A DNA stretch of 64,000 nucleotides, taken from positions 38,590-102,589 of IMG/VR virus record IMGVR_UViG_3300031857_000056. The stretch is one strand, 5' to 3'. Positions within the stretch are counted from its first letter, which is position 1; each line of letters starts with the position of its first letter. The stretch is from a virus (Duplodnaviria; Heunggongvirae; Uroviricota; Caudoviricetes). The translations under genes were made by a program, and so were the position numbers. Below are positions 1 through 9,919 of this stretch, piece by piece. The notes under the pieces were generated by a model that was not told the DNA's origin, searched no databases, and saw only the letters and a list, made by a program, of their open reading frames with translations.

Positions 1-1
1 A

Positions 2-874
2 ACTACTAATACAAATGCTAATTTAGCACTAGAAAGTGCAAATTTTACAATTGAGGGTTGGTTTTATTTTATTGACGGCACGGCTAATTCACTTCGTCCT
101 GTTTTAGGTAATTATTCGTTATTTTCGTCTAATAGTATTTATTTTGGAAAACACACATCTTATGGTGGTAAAATGGCACTTTGGATTGGTAACTATTCTG
201 CCAACAATGCATTGTTGGCAGATCCAACTGATCTTACAAATAATCAATGGATACATTTTGCTATAGTGAGAAATGGTTCAAATTGGACAATGTATAGAGA
301 TGGGGTAAGTGTTACAACTGTTACGTATAGTGGTGTAACAAGTACAACAAATTTCTTTTATATAGGAGCTAGTGGTGATGGATATTATTTTAATGGTTAT
401 ATAGATGAATTAAGAATTACCAAAGGTATTGCAAGATATACCAGTAATTTTACGCCATCTACCACGCAATTTTTAGATAGTGCGGGTGATGCAAATAGTA
501 GTGTAGTGGTTAATAGTACTGCAACAGGATTTGCAATAGGAACAGGTGGTATAAATGGCGCACAATTAGCAAAAGCTTGGGTCAACTTTAATGGAACAGG
601 TACTGTAGCTATAACAGATAGTTATAATGTAAGCAGCATAACAGATTTAGGAACAGGACAATACTTAGTTAATTTTAGTACCGCAAGGAGTAATGCTAAT
701 TATGTACATTTTATATCTATGCCTGGTAACAGTGATTCTCCCAGCAATTCTTTTACTACTAACACCGCTAATAATTCATATTCACAAACAACTACATATG
801 CGGTAGTAACTACTAGATTTAACGGATCTTTATATGATACTGGCGGAATCCATAGTATTGTATTTAGCAATTGA
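2..874 (+). CDS. LamG/ConA-like lectin-domain structural protein (5' partial; frame is open from window start)
   Basis: No stop from nt 2 in frame with the 173 ATG. 'FTIEGWFYF' LamG-type strand motif. Asn/Ser/Thr-rich fiber-like composition. Confidence 0.55.
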   Translation, partial: TTNTNANLALESANFTIEGWFYFIDGTANSLRPVLGNYSLFSSNSIYFGKHTSYGGKMALWIGNYSANNALLADPTDLTNNQWIHFAIVRNGSNWTMYRDGVSVTTVTYSGVTSTTNFFYIGASGDGYYFNGYIDELRITKGIARYTSNFTPSTTQFLDSAGDANSSVVVNSTATGFAIGTGGINGAQLAKAWVNFNGTGTVAITDSYNVSSITDLGTGQYLVNFSTARSNANYVHFISMPGNSDSPSNSFTTNTANNSYSQTTTYAVVTTRFNGSLYDTGGIHSIVFSN

Positions 875-894
875 AATTAACTATATATAAGAGT

Positions 895-1119
895 ATGAGT
901 GAAAAACGAATAATATACCCAACGGAAAATGGTGGAGTTGCTATAATAATTCCATCCATAAGTGCAAAAAATTCCAATGAAACTTATGATGAATTTATTG
1001 AACGAATTGCTGCAAAAGATGTACCCGCAGCAACATCATATAAAATTGTGCCGGTAGAAGATATACCAACAGATAGAACATTCAGAAACGCCTGGGAATA
1101 TCCAACAGATACACTATAA
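895..1119 (+). CDS. hypothetical protein
   Basis: Track start at 871 is TTG. First ATG is at 895, preceded by TATATATAAGAGT. Confidence 0.4.
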   Translation: MSEKRIIYPTENGGVAIIIPSISAKNSNETYDEFIERIAAKDVPAATSYKIVPVEDIPTDRTFRNAWEYPTDTL

Positions 1120-1123
1120 TTTT

Positions 1124-1372
1124 ATGATAACCATAAACCTTGATAAAGCCAAAGAAATACAAAAAAATAGATGGAGAACCGCAAGAAAACCTATCTTAGA
1201 AAAATTAGATACACAATTTATGCGTGCTGTTGAAACCGGAGACACAGCCAAACAACAACAAATCGCAACACAAAAACAAGCACTAAGAGATGTTACAACC
1301 ACCGATTTATCATCCGTAACTACCCCAGACCAATTAAAAACAATTTGGCCAAGTATATTAAACGAATCATAA
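1124..1372 (+). CDS. hypothetical protein
   Basis: ATG-initiated ORF, tightly packed with neighbours. Confidence 0.4.
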   Translation: MITINLDKAKEIQKNRWRTARKPILEKLDTQFMRAVETGDTAKQQQIATQKQALRDVTTTDLSSVTTPDQLKTIWPSILNES

Positions 1373-1375
1373 TTT

Positions 1376-2059
1376 ATGTACTATAGCCCACGAATAGTCA
1401 CAAGCGGTTTGGTATTGGCACTAGATGCAGCTGAACGTCTTAGCTATCCTCGCACAGGCACAACGTGGCGTGATTTAAGCGGTAATAGTAACAATGGCAC
1501 ATTAACCAATGGTCCTACTTTTAGCGCGGGTAATATGGGTAGTATAGTTTTCGATGGTGTGGATGATTATGTTAATATGGGCACAAGCACTTATTGTAAT
1601 CTTATTAATATAAGTGTTTCTGTTTGGGTAAGAGTCACTAGTGCAAGTGGATATTTTTTGGGTAGATATAATAACATTACTGCTTTTAATGGGTTTATTA
1701 TGTATTATGATGTAGCATCAACTAAATTTGGTGTTGGTGGTAGAGAATCGAGCGCCACATATTTAAATAGTGCAACGATAAATACATATCCGTTAAATAA
1801 CTGGTATAATTTTACCTGGACAAAATCCGCAAATGTTTGGTCGCTTTATGTTAATGGTTCTTTAGATGTATCATCTGCACTTGGAAATGGAACCACACCA
1901 TATTCAAATAATACTATGTGGCTTGGCGCAAATAATGAAGGCGGTACCCAATATTATTCCGGTGGAAATTTATCTAATGTTTTTATATACAACAGAACAA
2001 TAACTGCCGTTGAAGTATTGCAAAATTATAACGCAACTAAAAGTAGATTTGGTAGATAA
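1376..2059 (+). CDS. LamG-domain (concanavalin A-like lectin/glucanase fold) protein, paralog 1
   Basis: 'LALDAA..SY..G..WRDLSGNSNNGTLTNGPTFSAGN.GSIVFDGVDDYV' and C-terminal 'IYNR.LTA.EVLQNYNATK.RFG' motifs typical of LamG_3 domains. Confidence 0.65.
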   Translation: MYYSPRIVTSGLVLALDAAERLSYPRTGTTWRDLSGNSNNGTLTNGPTFSAGNMGSIVFDGVDDYVNMGTSTYCNLINISVSVWVRVTSASGYFLGRYNNITAFNGFIMYYDVASTKFGVGGRESSATYLNSATINTYPLNNWYNFTWTKSANVWSLYVNGSLDVSSALGNGTTPYSNNTMWLGANNEGGTQYYSGGNLSNVFIYNRTITAVEVLQNYNATKSRFGR

Positions 2060-2070
2060 TTATAGTATAT

Positions 2071-2775
2071 ATGTCTGGTATATCAGGACCCAAAATAATT
2101 ACAAGTGGATGTGTTTTATCACTAGATGCAGCTGATAAAAACAGTTATCCTGGTAGCGGCACAGCTTGGCGAGATTTGAGTGGTAATGGAAAAAATCTCA
2201 CATTAACAAACGGTCCTACATTTAGTGCTGGTAATCAAGGTAGTATAGTTTTTGATGGTACAAATGATTATGCGGTTTTGAATCCAGTATCTGCATTTAA
2301 TATATACTGTATTAGTATGTGGTTTAAACCAACAACAATAATTAATTCTACATCGGCTTATAAACCTTTAATTCATTTCAAAAGTAGTACTGCTAAATAT
2401 ATAAGTTTTGGCGATACAACAAACCGTGTTGCGAATGAATATATTACTATTGTACAAGAACCAGGTGACAGAAGAACGGCTGTTAACGATGGAGGGTCTT
2501 TATCTGCTGGTGTCTGGTATAATGTTGTTTTTAACTACGAAAGTTCTAAATACAATATTTATATAAATAATACATTAAAAAGTACAACTATTGGTTCTTC
2601 TTTAGGTGATGTCCCATTAATAACAGATCCAGATTTTATATATTTAAATTCTTATGAAGGAGTTTCTGGATATTTAGATAGTTCATTATCTATATGTACG
2701 ATTTATAACAGAACATTAACCGCATCTGAATTATTACAAAATTATAACGCAGTTAAAAATAGATTTGGATTATAA
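2071..2775 (+). CDS. LamG-domain protein, paralog 2
   Basis: Same N- and C-terminal motifs as 1376..2059. Upstream TAATTATAGTATAT is duplicated with the gene. Confidence 0.65.
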   Translation: MSGISGPKIITSGCVLSLDAADKNSYPGSGTAWRDLSGNGKNLTLTNGPTFSAGNQGSIVFDGTNDYAVLNPVSAFNIYCISMWFKPTTIINSTSAYKPLIHFKSSTAKYISFGDTTNRVANEYITIVQEPGDRRTAVNDGGSLSAGVWYNVVFNYESSKYNIYINNTLKSTTIGSSLGDVPLITDPDFIYLNSYEGVSGYLDSSLSICTIYNRTLTASELLQNYNAVKNRFGL

Positions 2776-2784
2776 TTATAGTAT

Positions 2785-3495
2785 ATGGGAATAGCCAGAG
2801 GTCCAAAAATTGTAACAAGCGGTTTATTATTAGCACTAGATGCGGCCGATAAAAACAGTTACGCTGGTAGCGGCACAGCTTGGCGAGATTTGAGTGGTAA
2901 TAGTAATAATGGCACATTGACAAATGGACCTACATTTAGTGCGGGTAATCAAGGAAGTATCGTTTTTGATGGCACAAATGATTACGTTGATACAGTTAAT
3001 ACCGGAACAACTTTTCAATTTGCAAATGTCACATTTACTGTGAGTTTATGGATAAAAACAAGCGCTACAAGTGGTGTTATTATTTCTAAAGGTGCAACTG
3101 CTTCTACGGCAGGTTGGCTGTTTCAATTTAACTCCGAAGGAACAGTTTCTGGTACTACAAAAGGTTCTGATGGTACTAATACTTATAACAGAGCAAGCAC
3201 AGCAACAGTCAATAATAATACTTGGAGAAATATAGTATCAGTATATACAACTAATACAACAACTCTTGCGAGTAATACAACATCAATATATATAGATGGT
3301 GTTTTAAGTAATGGTACAGGTACATTAGGCGGATTAGTATATGCGACAACTACAGATACTGTTCAAATAGGTAGAAGACCTTCCGGTGCTTATTGGTCCG
3401 GCTCTGTATCTAATTTATTGATATACAACAGAGCATTAACCGCAACAGAAATCTTACAAAACTATAACGCAACAAAAGGTAGATACGGACTATAA
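2785..3495 (+). CDS. LamG-domain protein, paralog 3
   Basis: Same motifs. Forms the third tandem copy. Confidence 0.65.
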   Translation: MGIARGPKIVTSGLLLALDAADKNSYAGSGTAWRDLSGNSNNGTLTNGPTFSAGNQGSIVFDGTNDYVDTVNTGTTFQFANVTFTVSLWIKTSATSGVIISKGATASTAGWLFQFNSEGTVSGTTKGSDGTNTYNRASTATVNNNTWRNIVSVYTTNTTTLASNTTSIYIDGVLSNGTGTLGGLVYATTTDTVQIGRRPSGAYWSGSVSNLLIYNRALTATEILQNYNATKGRYGL

Positions 3496-3500
3496 AATTT

Positions 3501-3773
3501 ATGAGTGAAACAAACGTAACAATATACGAGGATAGAGAATTTATGATATTCAATGTAAGTGAATTGAATCTTGTAGATTTCACTAAAGTGGAAGAAACTT
3601 CAATCGATACTGTAAGAAAAAGTGTTGACCAAACCAAAACATTTTGTAAATGGGATGGCGCAACACCTGAATTCTTCAGTCAAATGACCACCAAAGAAGG
3701 TCCATACACTTACCCCGAAATATTAGATATACTAGCTACACCCGAATGGACAGATCCTAATCCTCCATTCTGA
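3501..3773 (+). CDS. hypothetical protein
   Basis: ATG ORF of 90 aa. Confidence 0.4.
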   Translation: MSETNVTIYEDREFMIFNVSELNLVDFTKVEETSIDTVRKSVDQTKTFCKWDGATPEFFSQMTTKEGPYTYPEILDILATPEWTDPNPPF

Positions 3774-3812
3774 TCTATTTATAGTTTTGGTTTATAATAT
3801 GTATATAAACCA

Positions 3813-6263
3813 ATGATATTTAGAGCTACAAATTCATCGTCGTTTCTATTTAATCCTATCTACCCAATCTTTCTTACCAGAAAGTATTTGGGTACGCCTC
3901 TTTCATTAAATAGACGCAATCTCATTTTCAGAGTAAAAGTAGTAGAAAGCGCAAGTTTAAATCTTACTCTTAATTCAGCGCTTACCGAATTAAACACAGA
4001 ATCATCTACCAATAATATAACATTACGATCTGCTAATGTTATACCATTATATACCCCAGCTACATTATACAGTTCTCTTAATAGTGTTTCTATACCATCG
4101 TCAATTGGAGATAAAATTGATTATGCACAATCACTAAACAGTGTAACTTATACAAACGCAAATGTAGAATCTGTAACAATATCACCAGGCTTAAATAACA
4201 TAAGTTTAAAACTTGACGGTGATAAATCAGTAAATTCAATTAATCTTTCAAATGTTCAATTAATTGACCCAAGAATAAATATTGGTAATCAAAATATAGC
4301 ACTAAATAGTACCATATATGATACTCCAATATTAAACTCAAGTGCTATATACAATACATTAAATAATGTTGATCATTATAAAAATATAACTGATCAAACA
4401 ATAACTAATATAGCATTAAACGGTTCAAATTATTACACTGATATATTAGATAGTGGTAATACAAACATATCACTTAATAGTATTATCACTTATAAGCCTG
4501 ATATAGATAATTCAATAAACAGTATCAACTTACATAGCACATTACATTTGCCTGTTCAAGTTGATATGGGAAGTAATGTTGTGCAGTTGTTGGGATCATC
4601 TTATTATACAAACATATATGATACATCTCAAACCGCAGTATCTGTATTGGGATCACAATATTATGTAAACTACACAGATACGTCGCAAACCGCTGTATCT
4701 ACATTGGGATCACAGTATTATGTGGATTTCTACGATACGTCACAAACTGCAGTATCCACACTTGGATCACAATATTATGTTGACTTTTATGATGTATCGC
4801 AAATTGCAGAAACAGTACTGGGTTCACAATATTATGTAGATTTTTATGACTCATCACAAACCGCAGTATCCACACTTGGATCTCAATATTATGTAAATTT
4901 TTATGATGCGTCGCAAAATGCGGAAACTGTACTGGGTTCACAATATTATGTAAATTTTTACAATGCATCACAAACCGCTGTATCAACGGTGGGATCTCAA
5001 TATTATGTAAACTATACTGACGCATCCGATACTTCATTAGCACTAAATTCTTCTGGGTATTATGTAAATTATACGGATACATCAATTAATACAAGTAATA
5101 TAGTTGGTTTAAACAATTATGTAGATTTTTCTGATATATCCAATAATTCTATAGCTTTAAATAAATTAAGCAACTATGTTAATTTTGATGATGTATCTAT
5201 TTCAAATAATGTTTTGGGTAGTCTAAATCATAATCCTGTACAACTTGAAATTGTAAATGAAAATCTAACTATTTCTAGTCTCAATTATAAATCAATTAAT
5301 TTAGAAATTGTAAATGAAAATCTTACCATCAATAGTTTAAATTACAATTATTATGCTACTGATTTAATTGCTCAAAATAATGGTTTAAATAGTTTAATAT
5401 TAAAATCTGCTGATTATGATGACAGTGTTTCATTTGCAACATCTTTAAATTCTGTAACATTTGTACCAAACGAATACATAAAATCGGTTATCCAAAATAG
5501 TAGTGTATTGACCAATTTGAGTATGTTTCAAGGACCATATTCAAATAATATGACATACAATGTAGCATTAACTAATTTGAATTATTCGTTGAGTGAATAT
5601 AATAAATTGGTTAATACCACAGATAATTTGCGTAAATTGGTATATGAAGATGAATCCAACAATAAGTTGGTAAATCAATCATCTAACTTAAGATCGTTAA
5701 GATATGATGATACTAGATTTGAAGTAAATGTTAGTGAAAACAATAGATTATCATCGTTAAGAAATTTACTTGACTCAAATAATAGCACAAAAATATCTGG
5801 GTCATTTAAAAATATATCATATAATGCAGCATTAATTGATACTGTATTGGGTTCAAATACTACATTTAGACCATACAGTACCGCTTCAGCTGTTACATTT
5901 AATAGTGATTCACCCACAAATTATGTAAAACAAATCAATATTATTTACTATATGAACGGGGGTAATTTAACTCAAAGTATAGTAAATTTTGGTGAAGATT
6001 TAGCATTTCAAGTAATAGGTAATTCTAATCCTGGCACATATGTAACCAACTTTGATTATAATACACCCTACAGAGCCAGTTTTATTACAAAAAATTGGCC
6101 AGTATATCAATATGATACAGGTTCCAACGCAAACCTACCTGTTATACTCAATTGTTCCAATGTTGAACGTAAAATAAGCGCAACATCAGGTATATGGGTA
6201 GAAGCATCATTGGAAGACGGTGGAACATTGGTGGATGAATACGGATTTAGTATAGATATATAA
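3813..6263 (+). CDS. Ser/Asn/Thr-rich fiber-like structural protein with 20-aa tandem repeats
   Basis: 816 aa. Nine repeats of 'LGSQYYV(N/D)(Y/F)(T/Y)D(T/A)SQTAVST'. Asn-rich beta-rich remainder. Confidence 0.6.
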   Translation: MIFRATNSSSFLFNPIYPIFLTRKYLGTPLSLNRRNLIFRVKVVESASLNLTLNSALTELNTESSTNNITLRSANVIPLYTPATLYSSLNSVSIPSSIGDKIDYAQSLNSVTYTNANVESVTISPGLNNISLKLDGDKSVNSINLSNVQLIDPRINIGNQNIALNSTIYDTPILNSSAIYNTLNNVDHYKNITDQTITNIALNGSNYYTDILDSGNTNISLNSIITYKPDIDNSINSINLHSTLHLPVQVDMGSNVVQLLGSSYYTNIYDTSQTAVSVLGSQYYVNYTDTSQTAVSTLGSQYYVDFYDTSQTAVSTLGSQYYVDFYDVSQIAETVLGSQYYVDFYDSSQTAVSTLGSQYYVNFYDASQNAETVLGSQYYVNFYNASQTAVSTVGSQYYVNYTDASDTSLALNSSGYYVNYTDTSINTSNIVGLNNYVDFSDISNNSIALNKLSNYVNFDDVSISNNVLGSLNHNPVQLEIVNENLTISSLNYKSINLEIVNENLTINSLNYNYYATDLIAQNNGLNSLILKSADYDDSVSFATSLNSVTFVPNEYIKSVIQNSSVLTNLSMFQGPYSNNMTYNVALTNLNYSLSEYNKLVNTTDNLRKLVYEDESNNKLVNQSSNLRSLRYDDTRFEVNVSENNRLSSLRNLLDSNNSTKISGSFKNISYNAALIDTVLGSNTTFRPYSTASAVTFNSDSPTNYVKQINIIYYMNGGNLTQSIVNFGEDLAFQVIGNSNPGTYVTNFDYNTPYRASFITKNWPVYQYDTGSNANLPVILNCSNVERKISATSGIWVEASLEDGGTLVDEYGFSIDI
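4590..5040. repeat. 60-nt tandem repeat, about 9 copies, inside the fiber gene
   Basis: Near-identical 60-nt units 'ttgggatcacaatattatgt..cgcaaaccgctgtatc'. Explains the antisense ORF 4699..5085. Confidence 0.8.
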
Positions 6264-6287
6264 CAGTGTTTTAATATTTATTAAAGA

Positions 6288-9200
6288 ATGAGAATAACAG
6301 ATCTACCACAATTATTTACAGCGTCTATCAATGATTTGCTGTACGTAATTGATGTAAACGATACAAGTAGCTTTTTTTCTGGGTCAAGCAAAAGAATAGA
6401 CATTAGTACTCTTTTTTCTTCACCTAGCATAACCGCTAGTTTTGCTAAAAAAGCATTAAGTGCTAGTTATGCTAAAACAGCCAGTTACGCACTAGTATCA
6501 AGATCATCCAGTTACGCATTTAATGCTACAACCGCAAGTTATGCATTAAATGCTGGTACCAAAATATACACAGGCAGTGTATATCCAATAACCGCAAGTT
6601 GGGCTATCAATGGTGGCACCAAATTGTATACCGGCAGTACATACCCAATAACTTCCAGTTGGGCACTCAATGGTGGCACAAAGTTATATACTTCCAGTAC
6701 ATATCCAATAACCGCAAGTTGGGCCATAACCGCGAGTTACGCTTTAAATCAAACCACCAGCGGTACATCAGGCACTTCTGGCACCGCAGGTAGTAGCGGA
6801 ACAAGTGGTACCAGTGGCACAAGTGGTACCAGTGGCACCAGTGGAACAAATGGCACCAGTGGATCAAGTGGGTCAAGTGGATCAAGTGGTACATCTGCAA
6901 CCGCTGGTACTAGTGGTTTAACAGGATCAAGTGGTACGAGTGGTACAAGCGGCAGTGATGGTACCAGTGGGTCAAGCGGTAGCAGTGGCAGCAGTGGTAC
7001 CAGCGGTATAGAAGGTGGTAGATTGTTTACCGTAACAAGTTCTGGATTTAATTATAATATCGCTGGTTACACTGGATCATTTCCTACCATTACGGTGGTA
7101 AGGGGACAATTATATTACTTTGATGTAAGCGGTGTATCTGCGTCACATCCATTTGCCTTGAGATTGTCAAGTGGCAATACTAGTGCTGTACCTGGCACCA
7201 CAAATAATGATCCTGTAAATGGATTGGCAAATACAAACACTTTAATAATTTACAGAGTACCTGAAGACGCTCCTTCTAGTATAGTTTACCAATGTGTTGT
7301 ACATTCAGGTATGATTGGAACTATAAATATAGTAAACCAATATGGTACATCTGGTACATCTGGTACTGCGGGAACAGCCGGTAGTAGCGGAAGTAGTGGC
7401 ACAAGTGGTAGTGATGGTACCAGTGGGTCTAGCGGTAGTAGTGGAGAATCTGGTACAAGTGGTAGCAGTGGAAGTAGTGGAAGTAGTGGTAGTAGCGGAT
7501 CTAGCGGTAGTAGCGGTAGTAGTGGAAGTAGTGGTACAAGCGGCAGTGATGGTACCAGTGGATCCAGCGGTAGCAGTGGCAGTAGTGGAACAAGTGGTAT
7601 AGAAGGTGGTGGTTTATTTACAGTAACTAGTTCTGGTTTTAATTATAACATTGCTGGTTATTCTGGTACTTTTCCTACTATTACGGTAGTGAGAGGTCAG
7701 TTGTATTATTTTAATGTAAGCGGCGTATCTGCATCACATCCATTTGCATTGAGATTATCAAGTGGTAATACTGCAACAGTACCAGGAACAACAAACAATG
7801 ATCCTGTAAATGGATTGGCAAATACAAACACTTTAATAATTTACAGAGTACCCAATGATGCGCCTAATAGTATAGTTTATCAGTGCGTTATACATTCAGG
7901 TATGATTGGAACTATAAACATAGTTGATCAATATGGTACATCCGGTACATCTGGTACTACGGGAACAGCTGGATCAAGTGGTAGCAGTGGTAGCAGTGGT
8001 AGCAGTGGTGAAAATGGTACAAGTGGTACTAGCGGTAGTACTGGTACAAGTGGTAGCAGTGGATCCAGTGGAAGTAGTGGAACAAGTGGTACGTCCGCAA
8101 CTGCTGGTACAAGTGGTGAAACTTTTGGTACCAGTGGTACTAGCGGCAGTACAGGAACAAGTGGTACTAGTGGAGAATCTGGTACAAGTGGTAGCAGTGG
8201 ATCCAGTGGAAGTAGTGGAACAAGCGGCACCAATGGTACATCTGCAACTGCTGGTACAAGCGGTGAAACTTTTGGTACCAGTGGTACCAGTGGATTGACG
8301 GGAACTAGCGGTACATCTGGTAGTACCGGAACAAGTGGTAGCAGTGGTAGCAGTGGAGAATCAGGTACCAGTGGAAGTAGTGGACAATCTGGTACTAGTG
8401 GCAGTAGTGGTAATACTGGTAGCAGCGGTAGTAGTGGTGTGAGTGGTACTACGTTGTATACTGGTAGCACATATCCTATAACGGCTAGTAGAGCTGTTAC
8501 TGCAAGTTATGCGTTGAATGCTACTGGTGGTGGAAGTTCTTTGTACACTGGTAGTACTTATCCGATAACTGCAAGTTGGGCACTGTATGTAGTGAATGGA
8601 ACTAGTGGTACTGCTTCATTGAATTTAACTAACATTACACGTAGTGGCAATGGAAGTGGTTCTGTTTATAATTTAAATAACAATACATTTACCGGCACAA
8701 ATTCTTTGGTATTTCTGGGTGGTATTACTTTAAATAATAATATTGATTATACACTGAGTTCTGGAATATTAACATTTACTTCCCCACCACTATTAAATGA
8801 AGAAATACACGTTGTTAAATTTACAGGTGGTGGTGCAAATGGTACTAGTGGTACAAGTGGCATAGTTGGTATTGCCAATGCGCAAACATTCACAAGCAAT
8901 GGTATTGCTACACAATACGCTCTTACACAAAGTGTAGTACGTAGTTATGACATTATAGTTGCTATAAATGGTGTGGTTCAAAATTACAGTTCCAGTTATA
9001 CTGTAACTGGATCTACACTTACATTAGCTTCTGCACCACCATTAAATTCTAAAGTGGATGTCAGATTTTTAGGTAGCGCAGCTGGCGGTGGAGGAGGCGG
9101 TAGCGGCACAAACGGTACAAGTGGATCAAGTGGATCAAGTGGTACTAGCGGCACAAGTGGGTCAAGTGGAGAATCAGGTACAAGTGGATCAAGTGGAGAA

Positions 9201-9911
9201 TCAGGTACAAGTGGGTCAAGTGGGTCAAGTGGAGAATCAGGTACAAGTGGGTCAAGTGGTACTAGCGGCACAAGTGGATCAAGTGGAGAATCAGGTACAA
9301 GTGGGTCAAGTGGTACTAGCGGCACAAGTGGGTCAAGTGGAGAATCAGGTACAAGTGGATCAAGTGGGTCAAGTATATCTTTGCAAACTGGCAGTTTATA
9401 TCCCATAACGGCAAGTAGAGCTATTACTGCAAGTTACGCATTGAACGCAACTGGTGGTGGAAGTTCTTTGTATACTGGTAGTACTTATCCCATAACAGCG
9501 AGTAGAGCTATTACTGCAAGTTACGCATTGAATGCTTCTGGTGGAGGTGGTAGTACATTACAAACTGGTAGCACTTATCCCATTACTAGTAGTTATGCTA
9601 ATTTTGCAATAAATATTGCTGGTAGTGTTACTACATTGGTGGGTACTGATATAAATTGGAACAATCCAACTTATGAAAAGAATATTTCAGTTGCAGAGAC
9701 ATATACATTTTCAAATGTTACAACTGGCAGTTCAATTGTGGTTATATTGAATAATACAGGCAGCAACAGTATATTATCTACATTTCCAAATAGTGTAAAA
9801 TGGGCCAATTCATTGCCACCCACAAATATACTATCAAATGCAACTTCAATTTATACATTTGTAAGAACCAAATTATATGTTCTGGGTAGTTCTACTGAAA
9901 ACTATCAATAA
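6288..9911 (+). CDS. collagen-like (G-X-Y) fiber protein with two embedded cupredoxin-like domains and YPITAS repeats
   Basis: 1207 aa. Long GTS/GSS/GES triplet runs. N-terminal 'ITDLPQLFTAS..DLLYVIDVND' fiber-attachment-like motif. Repeated 'LYTGSTYPITASWA' units. Two ~109-aa globular inserts. Confidence 0.7.
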   Translation: MRITDLPQLFTASINDLLYVIDVNDTSSFFSGSSKRIDISTLFSSPSITASFAKKALSASYAKTASYALVSRSSSYAFNATTASYALNAGTKIYTGSVYPITASWAINGGTKLYTGSTYPITSSWALNGGTKLYTSSTYPITASWAITASYALNQTTSGTSGTSGTAGSSGTSGTSGTSGTSGTSGTNGTSGSSGSSGSSGTSATAGTSGLTGSSGTSGTSGSDGTSGSSGSSGSSGTSGIEGGRLFTVTSSGFNYNIAGYTGSFPTITVVRGQLYYFDVSGVSASHPFALRLSSGNTSAVPGTTNNDPVNGLANTNTLIIYRVPEDAPSSIVYQCVVHSGMIGTINIVNQYGTSGTSGTAGTAGSSGSSGTSGSDGTSGSSGSSGESGTSGSSGSSGSSGSSGSSGSSGSSGSSGTSGSDGTSGSSGSSGSSGTSGIEGGGLFTVTSSGFNYNIAGYSGTFPTITVVRGQLYYFNVSGVSASHPFALRLSSGNTATVPGTTNNDPVNGLANTNTLIIYRVPNDAPNSIVYQCVIHSGMIGTINIVDQYGTSGTSGTTGTAGSSGSSGSSGSSGENGTSGTSGSTGTSGSSGSSGSSGTSGTSATAGTSGETFGTSGTSGSTGTSGTSGESGTSGSSGSSGSSGTSGTNGTSATAGTSGETFGTSGTSGLTGTSGTSGSTGTSGSSGSSGESGTSGSSGQSGTSGSSGNTGSSGSSGVSGTTLYTGSTYPITASRAVTASYALNATGGGSSLYTGSTYPITASWALYVVNGTSGTASLNLTNITRSGNGSGSVYNLNNNTFTGTNSLVFLGGITLNNNIDYTLSSGILTFTSPPLLNEEIHVVKFTGGGANGTSGTSGIVGIANAQTFTSNGIATQYALTQSVVRSYDIIVAINGVVQNYSSSYTVTGSTLTLASAPPLNSKVDVRFLGSAAGGGGGGSGTNGTSGSSGSSGTSGTSGSSGESGTSGSSGESGTSGSSGSSGESGTSGSSGTSGTSGSSGESGTSGSSGTSGTSGSSGESGTSGSSGSSISLQTGSLYPITASRAITASYALNATGGGSSLYTGSTYPITASRAITASYALNASGGGGSTLQTGSTYPITSSYANFAINIAGSVTTLVGTDINWNNPTYEKNISVAETYTFSNVTTGSSIVVILNNTGSNSILSTFPNSVKWANSLPPTNILSNATSIYTFVRTKLYVLGSSTENYQ
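7014..7340 (+). other. cupredoxin (plastocyanin/amicyanin)-like domain, copy 1
   Basis: 'FPTITVVRGQLYYFDVSG' strand, then His in 'SASHPFALR', then 49 aa later 'YQCVVHSGM' (Cys-x2-His-x2-Met). This is the full type-1 Cu ligand pattern. Confidence 0.55.
7605..7930 (+). other. cupredoxin-like domain, copy 2
   Basis: Near-identical duplicate: 'SASHPFALR' ... 'YQCVIHSGM'. Confidence 0.55.
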
Positions 9912-9919
9912 TATGTTGT

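Noticed and set aside
4699-5085. 128-aa minus-strand ORF inside the 60-nt tandem repeat of the fiber gene, plus 6539..6900 overlapping ORFs
   Set aside because: The repeat lacks stops in several frames. The periodic His/Asn sequence is an artefact.
6780-9360. Possibility that the regular short repeats are a CRISPR array
   Set aside because: The repeats are in-frame G-X-Y codon triplets within a long ORF. There is no repeat-spacer architecture and there are no cas genes.
7342-9408. Antisense and +1/+2-frame ORFs inside the collagen-like gene (7342..7602, 7924..8298, 7928..8470, 8996..9406, 9088..9408; 'LPLVP' and 'VVAVV' proteins)
   Set aside because: These are products of reading GGTACCAGTGG/GGN repeats in other frames or as NCC on the reverse strand. 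They have low-complexity periodicity and lie entirely within a strongly supported CDS.
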